Positions 42,801-63,850 of a stretch of DNA of 64,000 nucleotides are shown here, one piece after another. The notes beneath the pieces were generated by a model. It made no database searches, was not told where the DNA came from, and was given only the letters and a program-made list of their open reading frames with translations. Origin of the DNA: Piromyces finnis finn. Its lineage: Eukaryota; Fungi; Neocallimastigomycota. Both the position numbers and the translations under genes were made by a program. Numbering within the stretch: the stretch's first letter is position 1; the number at the start of each line of letters is the position of its first letter. The DNA is taken from positions 186,001 to 250,000 of the forward strand of contig MCFH01000006.1 of NCBI GenBank assembly GCA_002104945.1, written 5' to 3'.

Positions 42801-43081
42801 ATTTTATAAATATTTATAATTTACTAATTATTAATATAAAAATATCTTTACATGATTTTGATATATTTCAATAAAGGAAGGTAATGGAGGCTATTTAAAA
42901 TATATATTCAATATTTTAGTTACACATATATATTCTTCTGTTTTTGAGTAATATTTATAAAGTACATTTGGAAATATCTATAAAAAATTTTAAATTTTAC
43001 TTTGGTTGGAACTGCATTTAATTTTGCTATTAAATTAAGAGATAAAAACAATTGAGTATACTTTAATAATAACCGACCCAT
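39814..43081 (-). CDS. Secreted, highly divergent GH48 (Cel48-like) protein with 3 fungal dockerin (NCDD/CBM10-type) domains; 8 exons, 773 aa; catalytic positions substituted
   Basis: Exons 43081-43001, 42890-42852, 42780-42588, 42449-42297, 42159-42127, 42006-41290, 41060-40156 and 40014-39814 are all GT-AG and phase-consistent (2322 nt). GH48 motifs: IPYSTLETL, DYGHLTT, IDTDNW, KQWEY, QNPLIAYVLS, RQIEFIRWLQSSEGAIVG, YHRFWEQ. Dockerins: GYRCC..YGYENGEWCG, GFPCC..WGFENDNWCG, GYDCC..WGYENRNWCV. Confidence 0.9.
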
Positions 43082-43662
43082 TAAGACAATATAATATTGC
43101 AAAAGAAAGTTTGAATTTATTATTATATTATTATTTTTAAATTGCTTGGTTATTTAAATTTTTTTAAAACTTTTATATTGTATTATTTAATGAATTATAT
43201 TTTTTTATTTGAAAGTAATTAATATTTGTTATAATCAATTTTAGTATTTGGTTTCCTTATTTCTTTAATACATCTTTCTTTTTTTTTTTTATTATTTTTT
43301 ATTTTTTTTTTTTTTTATTTGTTGAGTATATATATTTAAAAAACTTAGGATACAATATAAAATGTTAATTATTTTTTTTTATCAAAGGTTTACTTTGAAG
43401 TCATTAAATTTTATATTTAAAACTTTAATTATTGTGTTTAAAAAAACCAATATAATTACTTTATTAATTAAACATTAATAATTAATTATAGTTGATGAAT
43501 CAATTTTTTATTATTAATACAAGAATAATGTACGAGTATTAAAACATTTTGTAAATGTAAATACGAAAATATACTTTTAAAGGATAAAAGGATATTTATT
43601 ATTAAATATAAAATAAAAACTGATACAATACAATATATAAAATAATAATAATAATAATTATA

Positions 43663-43855
<193 letters not shown>

Positions 43856-44430
43856 GAATACAAATATAGATATATAAAAAAACAAAACAACAATAATAGT
43901 AATATCATTTATAAAGAAAATATATTTCTACCTGAAAGTTATACAGAAATTGTAAACAAAGATTTTAAATAAATTTAATATAATATATTGATTGATATAT
44001 AAATGAATAAATAAATAAATTTGTAATATAAAACTTAATTTTTTTTTTTCCTATTTTTATCTTTATTCTTTAAACAGAATATTATAATTATTATTTATAT
44101 TTTAAAGTATAAATTCGTCGTTTTGTGTTATAGACGATTCTTATTTATACTTTTCTCTTTATATCTTTATATAGTTTAGTTTGATATTTAGTTTTTTTTT
44201 TTTTTTCTTTTCTTTTAAAGGTAAATTTTTGATTTAGTAATTTCATATGATATATTTATTAAAATATGATAAATTACAAATAAAATAAATAAATAATATT
44301 ATTATTAAAATAAAAACTCAAACATAAACATTCTCTATATATTTTTCTTAATAAATAATTAAAATATATTAAAAAAAAAAAAAAAAAAAATCAATTATAT
44401 ATATTTTTATTTTCTATAGGAATTTTTGAA

Positions 44431-51894
<7,464 letters not shown>

Positions 51895-53401
51895 GTTTTA
51901 TAAAATTTTTAATAACTCATTTTCAAAGATTATATAATTAATTCATCATCATCATTTATATTTTTATTTTAAAATAAAAACAAAAAATAAAAAAAAAAAA
52001 AAAAAGAAATAAAAAAAAAAAAAAGAAACAAAAAAAAAAAAGAAAATAAAAAAAAAAAAAAGCAAATAAGCAAATAAGCAAATAAGCAAACAAATAAATA
52101 AATAAACATGAATAAAATAAAATATTATTATATTAAAAATATTACTCTTATAAATCATTATACAGATATAGATAATTAAAAATATAAAATACCTTTATTA
52201 TATAAAATTAAAATAACAATTAATAATTAAATAAAAACACTATAAAAGTAAACAGTATTTTAAAGAAAAAAAAATAGTTTAATTTTTATTTGATTATAAT
52301 ATAATTTACTCAATAGTAACATAATAAACAACAACAACAAAAAAAAAAATTGTAATAATAAATAGAAACAAGATAAATAAACATAGAATATTAAAAAAAA
52401 AAATAAAGAAAAATTAATATATGATAACATAATTATTAAATGAAATAAAATATTAATCTTTATATTAGAAAAACAGGTTTTTATGTCTAAATCTAAGCAT
52501 TAATATTTTATTTATTTTTATTTTTATAATATTTTTTTTTTTTTTAATATTAATTATATAACATTGTATTTAATATATATATATAAGCTATTTCGAACTT
52601 TAAAAGTTTGGGATATATATATTATTTAAATAATAAATAAATAAATAAATAATAAATAAATAAATAAATAAATAATAAAATAAATAAATATATATTATTA
52701 ATATTTATAATAAAATAGTAATTGAAAATAAATATATATCATTTGGATTATATATATAATTAAATTGGATTTAACTATTTTTTCTCTTTTACTTTTTTGA
52801 CCTTTCAAAAAATTACTTAATTTTATTTTTTTTAAAAAATCGGGAAACAAAAAAGTATATAAAGTATAAATTAACAAGAGAAATCCAAATAACTAAAATA
52901 TATATGTATTCATATATCATAATTTATAATAATAGATGTAATTAAATAATACTCTAAAAAAAATTAAAGAAATAATACCTTTATAAAAACATTTATACAC
53001 CTTTTATATTTTTGTTAATTGAATTAATATTATATATAAGTTTAATTTTACTTCTTTTTTTTTTTTTTTCATTTTGTGTTTTATTCTCCTAATCATTTAT
53101 TTCTATTTATGAAGGTACATTTTTTTATATATTTTCCGTAAGATTTTACCATTTATTATAAATTAAAATTTAAACATTAATAATATATGAATAAAATATT
53201 TTTTAAAAATCATAATAAATAAAAGAAATTTTTGAAGTTTTAAAAGTATTAAATATATGTTAACATTTATATTTAATATTAATATTAATATATATATCCA
53301 AAAGAAAAAATAAGAAAATATTATAATAATAAATTAGTAATAAAAAAATATTAGAGGAAATATAAATACATAAATAAAAGGTATTAAATAAAATATAAGT
53401 A

Positions 53402-56400
53402 ATGGCTACAGTTAAAAGCTTAAGATTTAAGGAACCCGAAGTAGATGATTATGTTATATATAAATATACAGAGTCTGAAAGTACAGATGATAATGATAAT
53501 AGTAATGAAAATAGCTTAGAGGAAATTAAAGAAGAGGAAGAGGATGGTGGTGAAGAAGGAAATCTAATTTCTGAAAATGAAATTAGAAATTCAATTGAAT
53601 TATTGAGTCATGATAAACGTCAGGATGAAAATGATAGTGATAATAAAAAGAGTATTAATGATGATGCCAACAGTAATAATGTTAATAACGAGAATGATAA
53701 TACCATTAATGATAAAAATGAAAATAACAACAACAATGACGACAACAACAACAATAATAATGTAAATGTTAATAAAAGCAATAGTGAAATAAATAAATCC
53801 TATGAATCAATGGGAAGTAGTTTTGTAATTTACAAGGAGGGTGATGATAATATTATTGAAGGAATCCCCCAAATTGAAATTAAATTAAATATTAGTAGAG
53901 ATAATTTATTAGCAAATAACAATTTAGGACCAAAAAAAACCAGTGCTCAAAATATTGCAAACAATATCGTTAAATATAGCAATACTTCTCTTAATTCAAT
54001 TGGATCAAATATTAAAAAAGAATCAAGTAAAAATTGTTCATCAAACAGTCAAGAAAAGTTAAATAAAAATGAAAATACAAAAATAACATCAACACCAAAT
54101 GAAAAGAATTTACAAAATAAATGTAATATTAGTATGCATTCTATACATTCCAAGCATGGAAGTCAAAATAGTCTATTAAATCATGCTCCAGGACAAGAAC
54201 GTAATACAAAAGAAAAACCTAAAATCATTGCTAATAGAAGTAAGGAAAGATCAATAGAATCTCAAAAGAAATTACAAGAAAGAAAATTAATGAGAATGAA
54301 ATTAAGAACTGCTTTAAATGAAAAAAGGAACTCAAAAGTTCAAGGAGAGGTTTCAATTAATATTACTAATTTAGAAAATAGTGAAAATAAGGATAATAAT
54401 GATGGTGAAGAACAAAGTAAAGTAAAATTAGCTGAAAGAGAAAAACCACTAACAAAAAATACATCATCAACAAATGCTGGTAATACAAATGAAAATATAG
54501 AATCAAATATAAACTCTGATCCATATACACCAAGGAAAAATACTAAAAGTTCCGAGATTATACCAAAAAAAGATGAAGATATTAATCAAATATTAAAAGA
54601 AGTTAATATGATATTATTATAAATAGATAATTATAAATATATATATATATATAAAAACTAATCATGGAATCAAAATAATAATAATAATTTATAATATAAA
54701 TAAAATATATAAAATATATAATTATTTATTATTTTTAAAAAAAAAGATAGGAGAAACTCACTTTTTAATTGATGATAGAGGAATAACTTTAGATAAAATA
54801 CTAGAAATTTTAGATCAAACCGAGGTGTCTACAATTAACGGAACTATTGGAGACGAGTATGAATTATTAATTAAATAAATATATATGTATATTTATATTA
54901 GGATAACCATTCAAAAAGATTGTAAACATTAAGGGTATTAATAATAATTTTTATATATTTTGTGTACTTTAGAAATCTGGATAATGCAACTCATATGAAA
55001 AATTATGAGCATGGTGCTATATTTAGATTACCTTCAGAAAATAATCATATATTAAAAATTATTCCTTTTGATACAGAAAGAGATGATTTAGATATAGATT
55101 ATAATACCGATAATAATCAAGTTTCATTAAAAACAGTTTTCCAAGAAGTCGTTGCAACAACAATTTTATCATCATTACATGCTTCTGGAGATGTATCATT
55201 AAATAATTTAAATGAAGATGAAAATAAAAATCAAGTTTCATTAGCAATTGAAGATGATCAAATATGTAATGAGAAAAAAATTTTAGCTTTTCCAAAACCT
55301 TCTGGGTAAATTAAACGTTATAATTATATAATTATATATGTATATATATTTTAGTTTATTAACAGTATTCTTTGAAAAAAATTTTTTTTATTTCAAAAAG
55401 AATTTTTATTTGTAAAGGTTCAACTAATCAAGCATTTAATTACGAATTTCAAAACTATCAATTAGGTATTATTAATAATAAATATATACAAAATTAAACT
55501 TTATATAAAAAAATATTATTCCTTTTTTTTTTTTTCATTCTTTAAAAATATATATATTTATATATTATCTGTATTATTATTTATTTATAATTAAATTAAT
55601 TTAGATGGATTTAATCAAGATCAATACTATTTAGTAGTTTTATATAATAGCACAGGTGAAATTATAAATTCAGTTAATAATACATATAGATCATTAGATC
55701 AAGTTAAATCTATTTTATGGCAAATTTGTTATTCCTTAGCTATTGCTGAAGAATCCTTAGGATTTGAACATAGAGAATTATATCCTGAATGTATATTAGT
55801 TGAGGAAGTTCCTAGAGAGGAGTTAACTTATCCAATAAATGATAGAGAAATAGTAAAAGATAATTTCGGTGTAAAAGCATCAATATTAGATTTCTCAAGA
55901 TCACGTCTTGAATATAGTATTAATCACATAATATATATAAATAAAAAGATATATTATTAGAATAAACTATTAATAGACTTGTTAAAATGACATTTTTTTA
56001 CAAATAGAGGGAAAAGTTTACTACTCTGATTTAACTAGTGTTATATATGATGATCCAGAAAGTTTGTTTTTTTTTTTTTTTTTTTTTTTTAATGAAAAAA
56101 TATATATCATAAATGAAATTATAATATTAATATTAATTTCTTGAAAATAAATATATGCATGTTAATTCATATTAATATAGAAAAAAAAAGTTTAGAAGAT
56201 ATAAAAGCTGTACTAGATTCAACATGGTATCAATCAGCTTCCATTGTTAACAGAGCCTCATTTGCTGATTTAATTCAATCATTTTCATGGATGATAGAAT
56301 GTGATAAAGGAATGATTAATTGGCTCTATAATAATATGTTAGAATTTGCTGTAAGAGTTGAATATAATGTTAGATCAATGAAAGATGCTCTCAATGATCC

Positions 56401-56500
56401 ATTCTGGGATCTCACTGCAAAGAATTGGGAGATGCGTGAAATGAAAAAATTATCAATGGATTATAATGCAGATAGTGAACAAGAATGTATTATTTTATAA
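53402..56500 (+). CDS. Haspin-family (Alk1/GSG2-like) protein with a degenerate active site and C-terminal CaaX (CIIL); probable pseudokinase
   Basis: Spliced: long N/E/K-rich N-terminus, ILKIIPF, VFQEVVATTILSSL, QVKSILWQICYSLAIAEESLGFEHRELYPECILV, GVKASILDFSRSRLEY-KGKVYYSDL, INWLYNNML, ...EQECIIL*. The order and spacing follow the haspin kinase domain. Confidence 0.82.
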
Positions 56501-57139
56501 GTACCATTAAAGAGATCCGAGATAATAAATTTATATATTTTTTGATAGATAAAAATCTTAATGTATATATGTTTATTATTTATTTATATTATAATTTTAT
56601 TATTTATATTTAAAAAATATTATTCCATCTGTTAAATAAATAGATATCAATATTTTAAATATTTTTGGCTATTTTTTTTTTAAAAAAAAAAAAAAAATAT
56701 TAAGCACATATGAATGTATTCAAATTTTACTTTTTTTTACACAATTACATTTCATTTATTTTAACTTTTTTCCTTTATATTTTATTTAAATTTAATATGA
56801 AATTATAGAAATTCATAAAGTTTTATAAAACTATTTTAAAGTATATTAAGATAAGAAACAAATACATTCTATATATTTTTTTTTTTTCTTCGTTAAAATA
56901 ATTAATAATAAATAAATATAATTAATTTTGTTAATTGAATTCTTCAATAATTTTTGAGATTTAATTAATTTTTAATTAAATTTAAATTATATATAAATTT
57001 CAATTAAAAGTTTTTTTTTTTTTATCATTTTAGTATTGATATAGAATTTTAGTAAATTTTAAAAAAAATAAAATTTAAATAATTTTATTATATCGAACTA
57101 GTTTTTAATAATAATTCTATTATAAATTGAAATTTCAAA

Positions 57140-57690
57140 ATGGAAGCAAATATATCGAATAAAGGTAGTGATTTCTTTGAATCCGATGCTGATATTGCTA
57201 AAAGACTTGCAAAAGATAAAAAAAGTAAAGAAGTAGAAAAGCTTGGTGAACCAATTCAAATAACTTCAAAAGTTTTAGGTTTGAAATTAGTTCAAGCTGA
57301 AAATCCAAAATATGCCTATATTGCTGAATCTGGTTTTATTATTAGAAAAGTCAACTTGGAAGTAATATATCTAGTTTAGAATATGTATAATAGTTGAAAT
57401 AGAAATGTTTTATTTATTCTTTTTTTTTTTTTTTAATAATAAATGAATCATAAATTTAATGTGGTTAGACTGGTAAATTTGTTAAAACATTTAAAGGTCA
57501 TAATGGTCCAGTTACTTGTATTGATATTATATATAATTCAAAGGGAGAAGATGAATTTATTTTAACAGGTTCTTGGGATAAAACAATTAAAAAATGGGAT
57601 GTCAATGTTAGTAGCTACATTTATATTATTATATAATACATGAAATATAAATAAAAATAATATAATTATTATTAAATAATTTTTATCTAA

Positions 57691-57754
<64 letters not shown>

Positions 57755-59088
57755 ATTATTTGAATATTAATAATAAATTTTAAATTTTAAATAAATAAAT
57801 TAATAAATTTCACCATTTATTTTATTAATAAGACTAAAGAAGTTGTAAAGGAATATACCAATCATAGTGATTTTATTAAATGTATTGCATATGAACCAAT
57901 TAATCGTACATTTATTTCAGGTTCCTCAGATAAAACTATTCGCCATATTGATGTTGAAACAGGAAATCAAATTAAATATTTAACTGAACATACTCGTGCC
58001 ATTGAAGACATTTGCTTTGAAGATTATACCTACACTTCATTTTATAGTTGCTCATCAGATTCAACAATTAGAAAATGGAATCTTCAAACTGGTGAATGTT
58101 TATATACTTTTACTGGTCACTTAACTTCTGTCTATAAAATTTTATGTGATGTTGAAGAAAATAATTTATGGTCAGGTAAAAAATGATAGTCCTATTATAT
58201 ATATATATAAATTTAATTCGACGATTATCTAATAATTGATATATATAAAATTTTAGTTTCTGCTGATAAGACTGTAAGAAGATGGGATCTTGATGTAAGT
58301 TTAAGTGTTTTTTTTTTGTTTTTTTTTTTTTTTCTTCTATTATATTATAATAAATTTATATAATTTATCAAAATAATAATAACTTTTTTTTTTTTTTGTT
58401 ATAAAATAAAATATTAGACATTGAAAAATGATTTAACTATTGATCAAGAAGATTTTGTTAAAACATGTATAAAGGTTGGAGGAAACATTATTACTGGTAG
58501 TCGTGATAATAAAATTAGAGTGTATGATATATCTGTAAGTATTTTTTAACGATTATATCTAATTTCTATACTTTTAAATTAAAAACAATATTGAAACTAA
58601 TTTTATGTATATTACATTGATAAATAATTTTTTTCTTGGATATAGTCAGGAAAATTAATTAAAGTTGTTGATTATCATTTTGATGAAGTTTCAAGTTTAT
58701 TCAATATTAAATCTATTGTTTTCTCCGGTTCACTAGATTGTACTCTTAAAAGATTTGATTTATTAGGTAATAGAAAGATAAATTTATTTTTCTATGTTTT
58801 AAATATTATAATTAAAAAAAAAAAAGAGAGAGAGAGAGAAAAAAGAAAAAAAAAATAATTATTAATCCTTTCTATTTTTTTTTTTTTTATTACAAACATA
58901 TATATATAAAATATTTTTTTTTAAAAAAAGATAATACTTCTTCTTACATAACTGAAATAAAAGCACCAGTTAACCAACCAAAAACTATACCAAAGAAGAA
59001 AAAAGAATCAAAACCAGAACCAACTGGTGATGATTTATTAACAGCTGAAGAACTTGCTGAATTAGAAGAATTAATGGGTGATGATTAA
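57140..59088 (+). CDS. WD40-repeat protein
   Basis: KGHNGPVTCI...TGSWDKTIKKWD, NHSDFIKCI...SGSSDKTIRHID, SCSSDSTIRKWN, TGHLTSVYK...SADKTVRRWD, TGSRDNKIRVYD, SGSLDCTLKRFD; acidic C-terminus ELAELEELMGDD*. Confidence 0.92.
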
Positions 59089-59954
59089 TTATTTCATGAT
59101 TTCATCCCTACGTTCTTTACATTATATCGCTAATAATTCTATTAAAAATAATAGAATTAAAATTAAAAAGTAAACGAAGATAAAAAATATAAATAAAATG
59201 AAATATCATTTAATTCAAAAAAAAAAAAAAAAAAAAAAAATTTCAAAGAAAGTCAATATAATATTTCATTATCAATAAATAAAATATCTATGAAATTAAG
59301 AAAAAAAAATTACAAATAAAAAATTATACATTATAATAAAGTTAATAACCTTTCATTATGTGTAAATTCTTCTTTTCATGTCTGTTAACTTTTAATAATT
59401 TTTTTATTAATATTAAAATAAATGAATTAAAAAAAAGAAAGTTTCTGTTTCAGTGTAATGATAATAATGAAAAGTTAAAAGCTTAAAAAAAAAAATTCTT
59501 TAATTATATAGAAGATAATTATAATGAAGCAGTTATTATTAAAAGCTATAAAAAGAAAATATTTCATCAAATAAAACAATGGAACAGGTATAGGATAAGA
59601 ATCAGTAACGTATAGTGTAAAGAAAAAAAGAATATAGTAAAAAGGAAACTTTTTTTTTTCTTAGTAAAAACAAGCTATTAAAGATAGAGAAATGTATTTG
59701 TAGGAGAGAAAATTGTGATTTAATAATTTATATTCATCTTTAAAAAAAAAAAAAAAAAATGAAATATCATTTAATGAATATTTGTAAATTAGATAAAAAG
59801 GGAAAATAAAAATAAATATATAAATATATATTTATATATATATTTATAAAATCTATCATGAATATATCAACAATATTGAAAAAAAAAAAAAAAATTTTTT
59901 TTTATCATTACTCATAATAATGAGTATTGTTTTAATTTTTATTAAGAATAAAAT

Positions 59955-62900
59955 TTATGTATTACTCGATACACTTTTAACATATTCCTTTATCGAGTAA
60001 TATTTTTCAGGTGACAACGGTATCTGATTATCAATATTATTATCCATATCTTTATCATCATCATTAATATTTAATATTTCATAGTCTTCTTCTTCCTCAG
60101 GACTTATAGGAGAATAAAATTGAGCATCATAATCATAAAAAATTTGACTATTTTCTCTATATTTATCATCAATAAATTTTTTGCTTCTTTTTATTTCAAA
60201 AATATCACTACATTTGAATTGATCATATCCTTTGTTTATCCTTGATCGTTTTAAGGTAGAATAAAATCTTTTTACTGGAGGTAAATCATGCTCATTATCA
60301 TTATATAATGTTGGTCTAGGTATTGGGTTAGAATTAGAACGATATAAATCAACATCAAAATTTGGATATAATCTATTATTTTTAACAGAATTAATCGTGC
60401 TAGTATCACCACTATTATAATATTCATTTCTACCATTATATTCACTATTACTTAATTTATTAATAAGGATTGAATTATCAATAGGAATCTTCTTAATATT
60501 TATAGTACTTGGTTTTCTATTAATATTTATTGAAGGCATACGTAGATTTCTTAATTTACGATATTTATTATTATATTGAGATATATTATTGGCGTGTTCA
60601 TAAACACTTGAAGAATTGTTTCTTTTTATTACTGACAAGGTGGATTGAGATGAACAATTAAAAGAATTACTTTCTTGATCATAAAATCTTGGAAGTGTAG
60701 TTTCGCTCAAGTTTTGTTTATAGTAATAGGTATTTTCCGAATCATCATGTCCATTTATGATTGAATTTATTATAACTTCGTTAGATCTTTCTAATGGATG
60801 TAACTGGTAAGCCATTTGTTCATTATTATTTTCATTATTTATATTTTCTTTATCAGTATTTATATAATTTCTTTTAATACTAATTGAATTATTTTCCGAT
60901 TTTTGGTATGATTTTTTTAACAAGCCGGTAAGTCTTTTATTATTAATATTATTCATATTCAAATGACTTTTTCTATTTCGATGACAATTAACTCTTGATG
61001 TAAACTTATCGTCGAGGTAATAATGATCAATATCGTTAATGACAGAACCAGAATTATAAGTTCCTCTATCACTACTATTTTCAATTATTTTTTTGTCCAT
61101 ACTTTTTATTCCAAGATAAGAAGTATTATCAGGAATATTCTTATGGTGGTCATGATCATCACTAGAACTTATACTATCTTCAATAGATATCGAATCATCG
61201 GTTGAATCCGTCAACCTTACTTTGACACATTTAATGTTATTTATAATGTCTTTTGGATTTATGTTGTTATCAATTTTTTCTGTACTGATTATTGTATCAT
61301 AAACAGAATTAAATCGTTTTAGTTTTTGATCCATGTCTGTATTACTGTAAACAACATCAGAGGAATAATGTTTCTCTTGGATTAGTTTATTGATTTGATG
61401 ATTAGTTATAGCATCATTTGGAAGGGAAATATGTTCTATTGGAGGATTATGGGTAGCATCTGAGATTTTCAGAGTTTCAGAAGTCATATCTATTCCATTA
61501 ATATATTCTTCTGAAAACGAATTTGATTCTAAAATTGTTTTTCCATCTGATATTAATTGACATTGACTTTCACCCAAGTATTCATTCTCCTTTTGATGAA
61601 AAGAGTATGAATCATGATTTTCCTCACCCGAATATTCTAATGTTTCTTGTTTCTGAAGCAAAGAGCTACCACTTTTAATAATTTTTTTTTCTTTTAATTC
61701 ATTATTATATACGGGTGATGGAATGCTAATTTTATTTACTTCAAAATGACCTGAAGAAATTGAAGATATACTCTGCCTATCATTCTCTTTATAACGAAGA
61801 TTTTCTCCTTTCATATATTCTTTCCTTAGAAAAGATGATTCTGACGATCCATTTTCATTTTCATCATGGTTTGAATCATAAAGTACTGGGGACACAATAG
61901 AACCCTTAACTGACGCAACACTTAATCTTGATAAGTTAGCATCTTCTGGATAGGCTGGATATGATGAATGAACACTATTTACTATATGATCATGACCTTC
62001 TATCATCTCTTTGGTAATATTTTTAATGGAATTTATTGAATTAAATAATTGTTGTTTAAAGGAATGTCCAGGTGATGTTTCATTACTATTTGCTATTGGT
62101 GGTGCTATAGATGTTTTTATTATACTATCATGACGACTGCAAATACTAGTAATATTACTTTTATATCTTTTTCTTGGTGAGTTAATCGGTGTCTGAGTTC
62201 GTATAGATTCCATTCTTGGGTGATAATTTTGTGAATCATTATTAATTGATGATGTTTTTGTACCATTTGTTTGTTTTTTTGGAGGAGGAATTATAAAATT
62301 GGATGTTTTGATTGAACTAGTTTTCTTTTTATTAAAAATATAATAATAAAAGTATATAATATAAAATATGATAATTCCTATAAACATTGTTAATACTATA
62401 CAATCTAAGGAATTGAATTTAGAATTATAATTACTATTATGATCTATTAAGTTTTTTAAAATAACAGATGAATATAAATCTTGATGTTCTAATGAATTTG
62501 GATTAACTATAATAAATTTAATATTTAATAGATATATAAAAAAAGTATTAATATATTTTAATTCTATTGTAATTACTATGCAACCTTTATAAAATTTCAA
62601 ACAATAATAATAATAATAATAATAAAATATATATACATGATGATAAACAACTTTTTACACAAGGGTATGGCCAATAATCAGGTTCGTATCTTGCTTGAAA
62701 TATTTCATTGCAAGGCTTATAACATGTTTCTAACTTTATACTTTCTTTATTTGTAAGAAAGCCTTTAAAGTTATTATATCCAGCAACATTTCTTTTATAC
62801 ATAAAAAGGGTTGTATTTATAATTAATATATAATAATTATAATATATTTATATTATTGAATAGTAATGAAAAATTTTTGATATAGATTATTGGAACTATT

Positions 62901-63850
62901 TTAAAAAATAGAAAGGATACTTACAATTCTTTTAAATTTGTAAACTTTATCAAAAAGTCTAAATTTCCACTCATTGGGTTATTAGATAGATTACTTAAAA
63001 GTACATAGATATAATTAATTTAAAGGAAATATATTATTTATGATTTTTTTTATTATAACTTAAACTTACATTGTGTTAATAACTGAAATTGAGGGATAAT
63101 TTATGGATGTTATATTACATTCAAAATTTTCTATTATATTATTATCTGATAAATTTCTTTTATATATAATTAAAAATAATATATATTAAATATGAGCGTA
63201 TGAAGGAATATTGGTAATATTTTAATATTAGTAGTATTGTTTTACTGTAGTATTGTATATATTCTTTAACTTACAAGATTTTTAAACTGGGTAAATTAAA
63301 TATACTACAAGGAAAATTAATAGAAGTGGTTGATAAACCATCTAAATTACTTTTTTTTTTTTTATTTTAATTTTTTTTATTAAAAAAAAGAAAGGAAGAA
63401 GGAAAGAAAGAAAGAAAGAAAAAAGAGAGAAATTCAATTAAAATACGCCATTTCAAAATTTTAATTGTAAAATATTATAAATTGAAAGAAAAAAAAAAAT
63501 AGAATAATTCCATACACTTTAAGAATATTATTATTTTCATTACAAGATATATATTCTTCAGATATATTACAACAACGACTTGACTTATTGAAGTCTTGAT
63601 ATATTATATGAGATTTAGATATTGATAGTTCTTCTAACACTGTATATAAGATACTACAATCATTATTAGTTAAAAATGTTGTGTCCCTAACTATACTTGC
63701 ATTTGAATTCACATTGGAACTCACGTTTGCTTTATTATTATTATTATTATTGATTATTGAATTTGAATTTCCATTATTTTTTTTTCCATAAGTTTGTATT
63801 AAAAAAAATAAATTGACACCAAGTATTATAATACTGAAATGAATATTCAT
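59955..63850 (-). CDS. LRR receptor-like protein: signal peptide, Cys-rich cap, about 3-4 LRRs, TM helix, and about 790-aa S/N-rich cytoplasmic tail without a kinase domain
   Basis: Exon 1 has a signal peptide and DCSIL...RCCNISEEYISCNENNNILKV. Short phase-2 exons encode NLDGLS..FPCSIFNLPSLKIL, NLSDNNIIENF and NLSNNPMSGNLDFLIKFTNLKEL (a 72-nt exon). TM CIVLTMFIGIIIFYIIYFYYYIF is followed by NKKK, then the large last exon. Confidence 0.75.
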
